Assembly (NCBI GenBank): GCA_035537875.1
Contig: DATLLJ010000002.1
Coordinates: 104,283 to 168,282 of the forward strand
Direction: 5' to 3'
From: Vicinamibacterales bacterium
GTDB taxonomy: Bacteria > Acidobacteriota > Vicinamibacteria > Vicinamibacterales > CAVVIG01
DNA: 64,000 nucleotides
Positions within the stretch are counted from its first letter, which is position 1; each line of letters begins with the position of its first letter. Shown one piece after another: positions 63,412 through 64,000 of the stretch. The notes under the pieces were generated by a model, which was not told the origin of the DNA, did not search any database, and was given only the letters and a program-made list of their open reading frames with translations. The position numbers were made by a program, and so were the translations under genes.

Positions 63412-64000
63412 TCACACAGCGCCGGACCAGGCGCCGTGCCGCAGCAGAAAATCGAGGATGAGCGATTGGAACGTCGCGACCTTCTCGGCAAAGAAGGCGC
63501 CGTGATCCGCGTCAGGGACCACGGCCAGTTCGGCTTTGCCGAGCTGACGATACATCTCCGTCGCTTCCTCGACGGGAACGAGCTCGTCGCGGTCCCCGAT
63601 CAGCACCAGGGTTGGAACGACGACCTTGGCAAAGTCTGTCGGCGCGTAGTTGAGCGGCGTTGTCCACATTGGTTTCAGCTGAACCAAGAGCGGCTTCCAG
63701 CCGTCCGGTCCGTAGATCTGCTGGAGCCACGCAGCCCAGTCGGGATGGTTGCGAGCCAGGAGCGCCGTCTCCACTTCCGGCGAGTCTTCGTCGCCGAGCG
63801 CGCTCCGCACGAAGGCGCGGTATGAGTCGCCGAACTTGAAACAGACTCCACCCATGACGATCGATTGAGGGAGCGTCGGGTGACGCATGCCGATCTCCAG
63901 GGCCACCTGTCCGCCGTCGCTGAACCCGACGATGACCGGTTTGCGCAGGTCAAGGGCGAGCAGGAAGGCGACGATGTCATCGGCGAGCTGTCGGTAACTC
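63412..64000 (-). CDS. Alpha/beta hydrolase; 5' end off the right edge
   Basis: My translation upstream of the track ORF (63412..63906) continues in frame to the window edge as ..SYRQLADDIVAFLLALDLRKPVIVGFSDGGQVALEIGMRHP.. (GxSxG nucleophile elbow). The C-terminal part has ...LIGDRDELV and ...PDADHGAFF. Confidence 0.8.
   Translation of the reverse strand, partial: SYRQLADDIVAFLLALDLRKPVIVGFSDGGQVALEIGMRHPTLPQSIVMGGVCFKFGDSYRAFVRSALGDEDSPEVETALLARNHPDWAAWLQQIYGPDGWKPLLVQLKPMWTTPLNYAPTDFAKVVVPTLVLIGDRDELVPVEEATEMYRQLGKAELAVVPDADHGAFFAEKVATFQSLILDFLLRHGAWSGAV

Overview
The window is a visibly GC-rich chromosomal segment; I did not compute GC content. It most likely comes from an Acidobacteriota-like soil bacterium. 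The taxonomic guess rests on a VWFA protein of the acidobacterial TIGR03436 type and on many DinB, NTF2-like and Tat/Sec-exported hydrolase genes, so it is inference only. I can support about 70 protein-coding genes, mostly on the minus strand and tightly packed, several with GTGA, ATGA or TAGTG start/stop overlaps. I saw no rRNA, tRNA, CRISPR array, transposase or integrase. Gene content is dominated by accessory, detoxification and exported-enzyme functions:
- amidohydrolases, MBL-fold hydrolases, VOC/glyoxalase proteins and DinB proteins
- two tannase/feruloyl-esterase paralogs, a sulfatase and a GMC oxidoreductase pair
- an M28 peptidase, aldolases and SDRs

There are also several type II toxin-antitoxin loci and a notable number of gene remnants.

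Observations most worth a second look:
1. An OsmC-like gene (43832-44305, minus) has a reading frame broken only by a TGA at the conserved peroxidatic-Cys position. A GC hairpin follows at SECIS-like spacing, making it a candidate selenoprotein. It sits in a DJ-1 / OsmC / TMEM175 operon.
2. A 1653-codon gene (26414-31375, minus) encodes a receiver-like domain, about 1100 aa of coiled coil, a PAS domain and a histidine-kinase-like core. The coiled coil is built from hierarchical 46-aa and 63-aa tandem repeats, including two 138-bp copies about 97% identical. All phospho-relay residues appear to be lost.
3. A Ser/Thr kinase fused to a TolB-like beta-propeller is broken by one in-frame TAA and one frameshift.
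4. A 115-bp AT-rich element made of 8-bp periodic repeats forms a stem of about 45 bp between two convergent genes. A separate 4x octamer array lies just upstream of an RBS.
5. Decayed toxin genes lie beside intact antitoxins: an internally deleted PIN and a BrnT tail.

All functional calls come from reading the translated ORFs for family-typical motifs. No database search was run.
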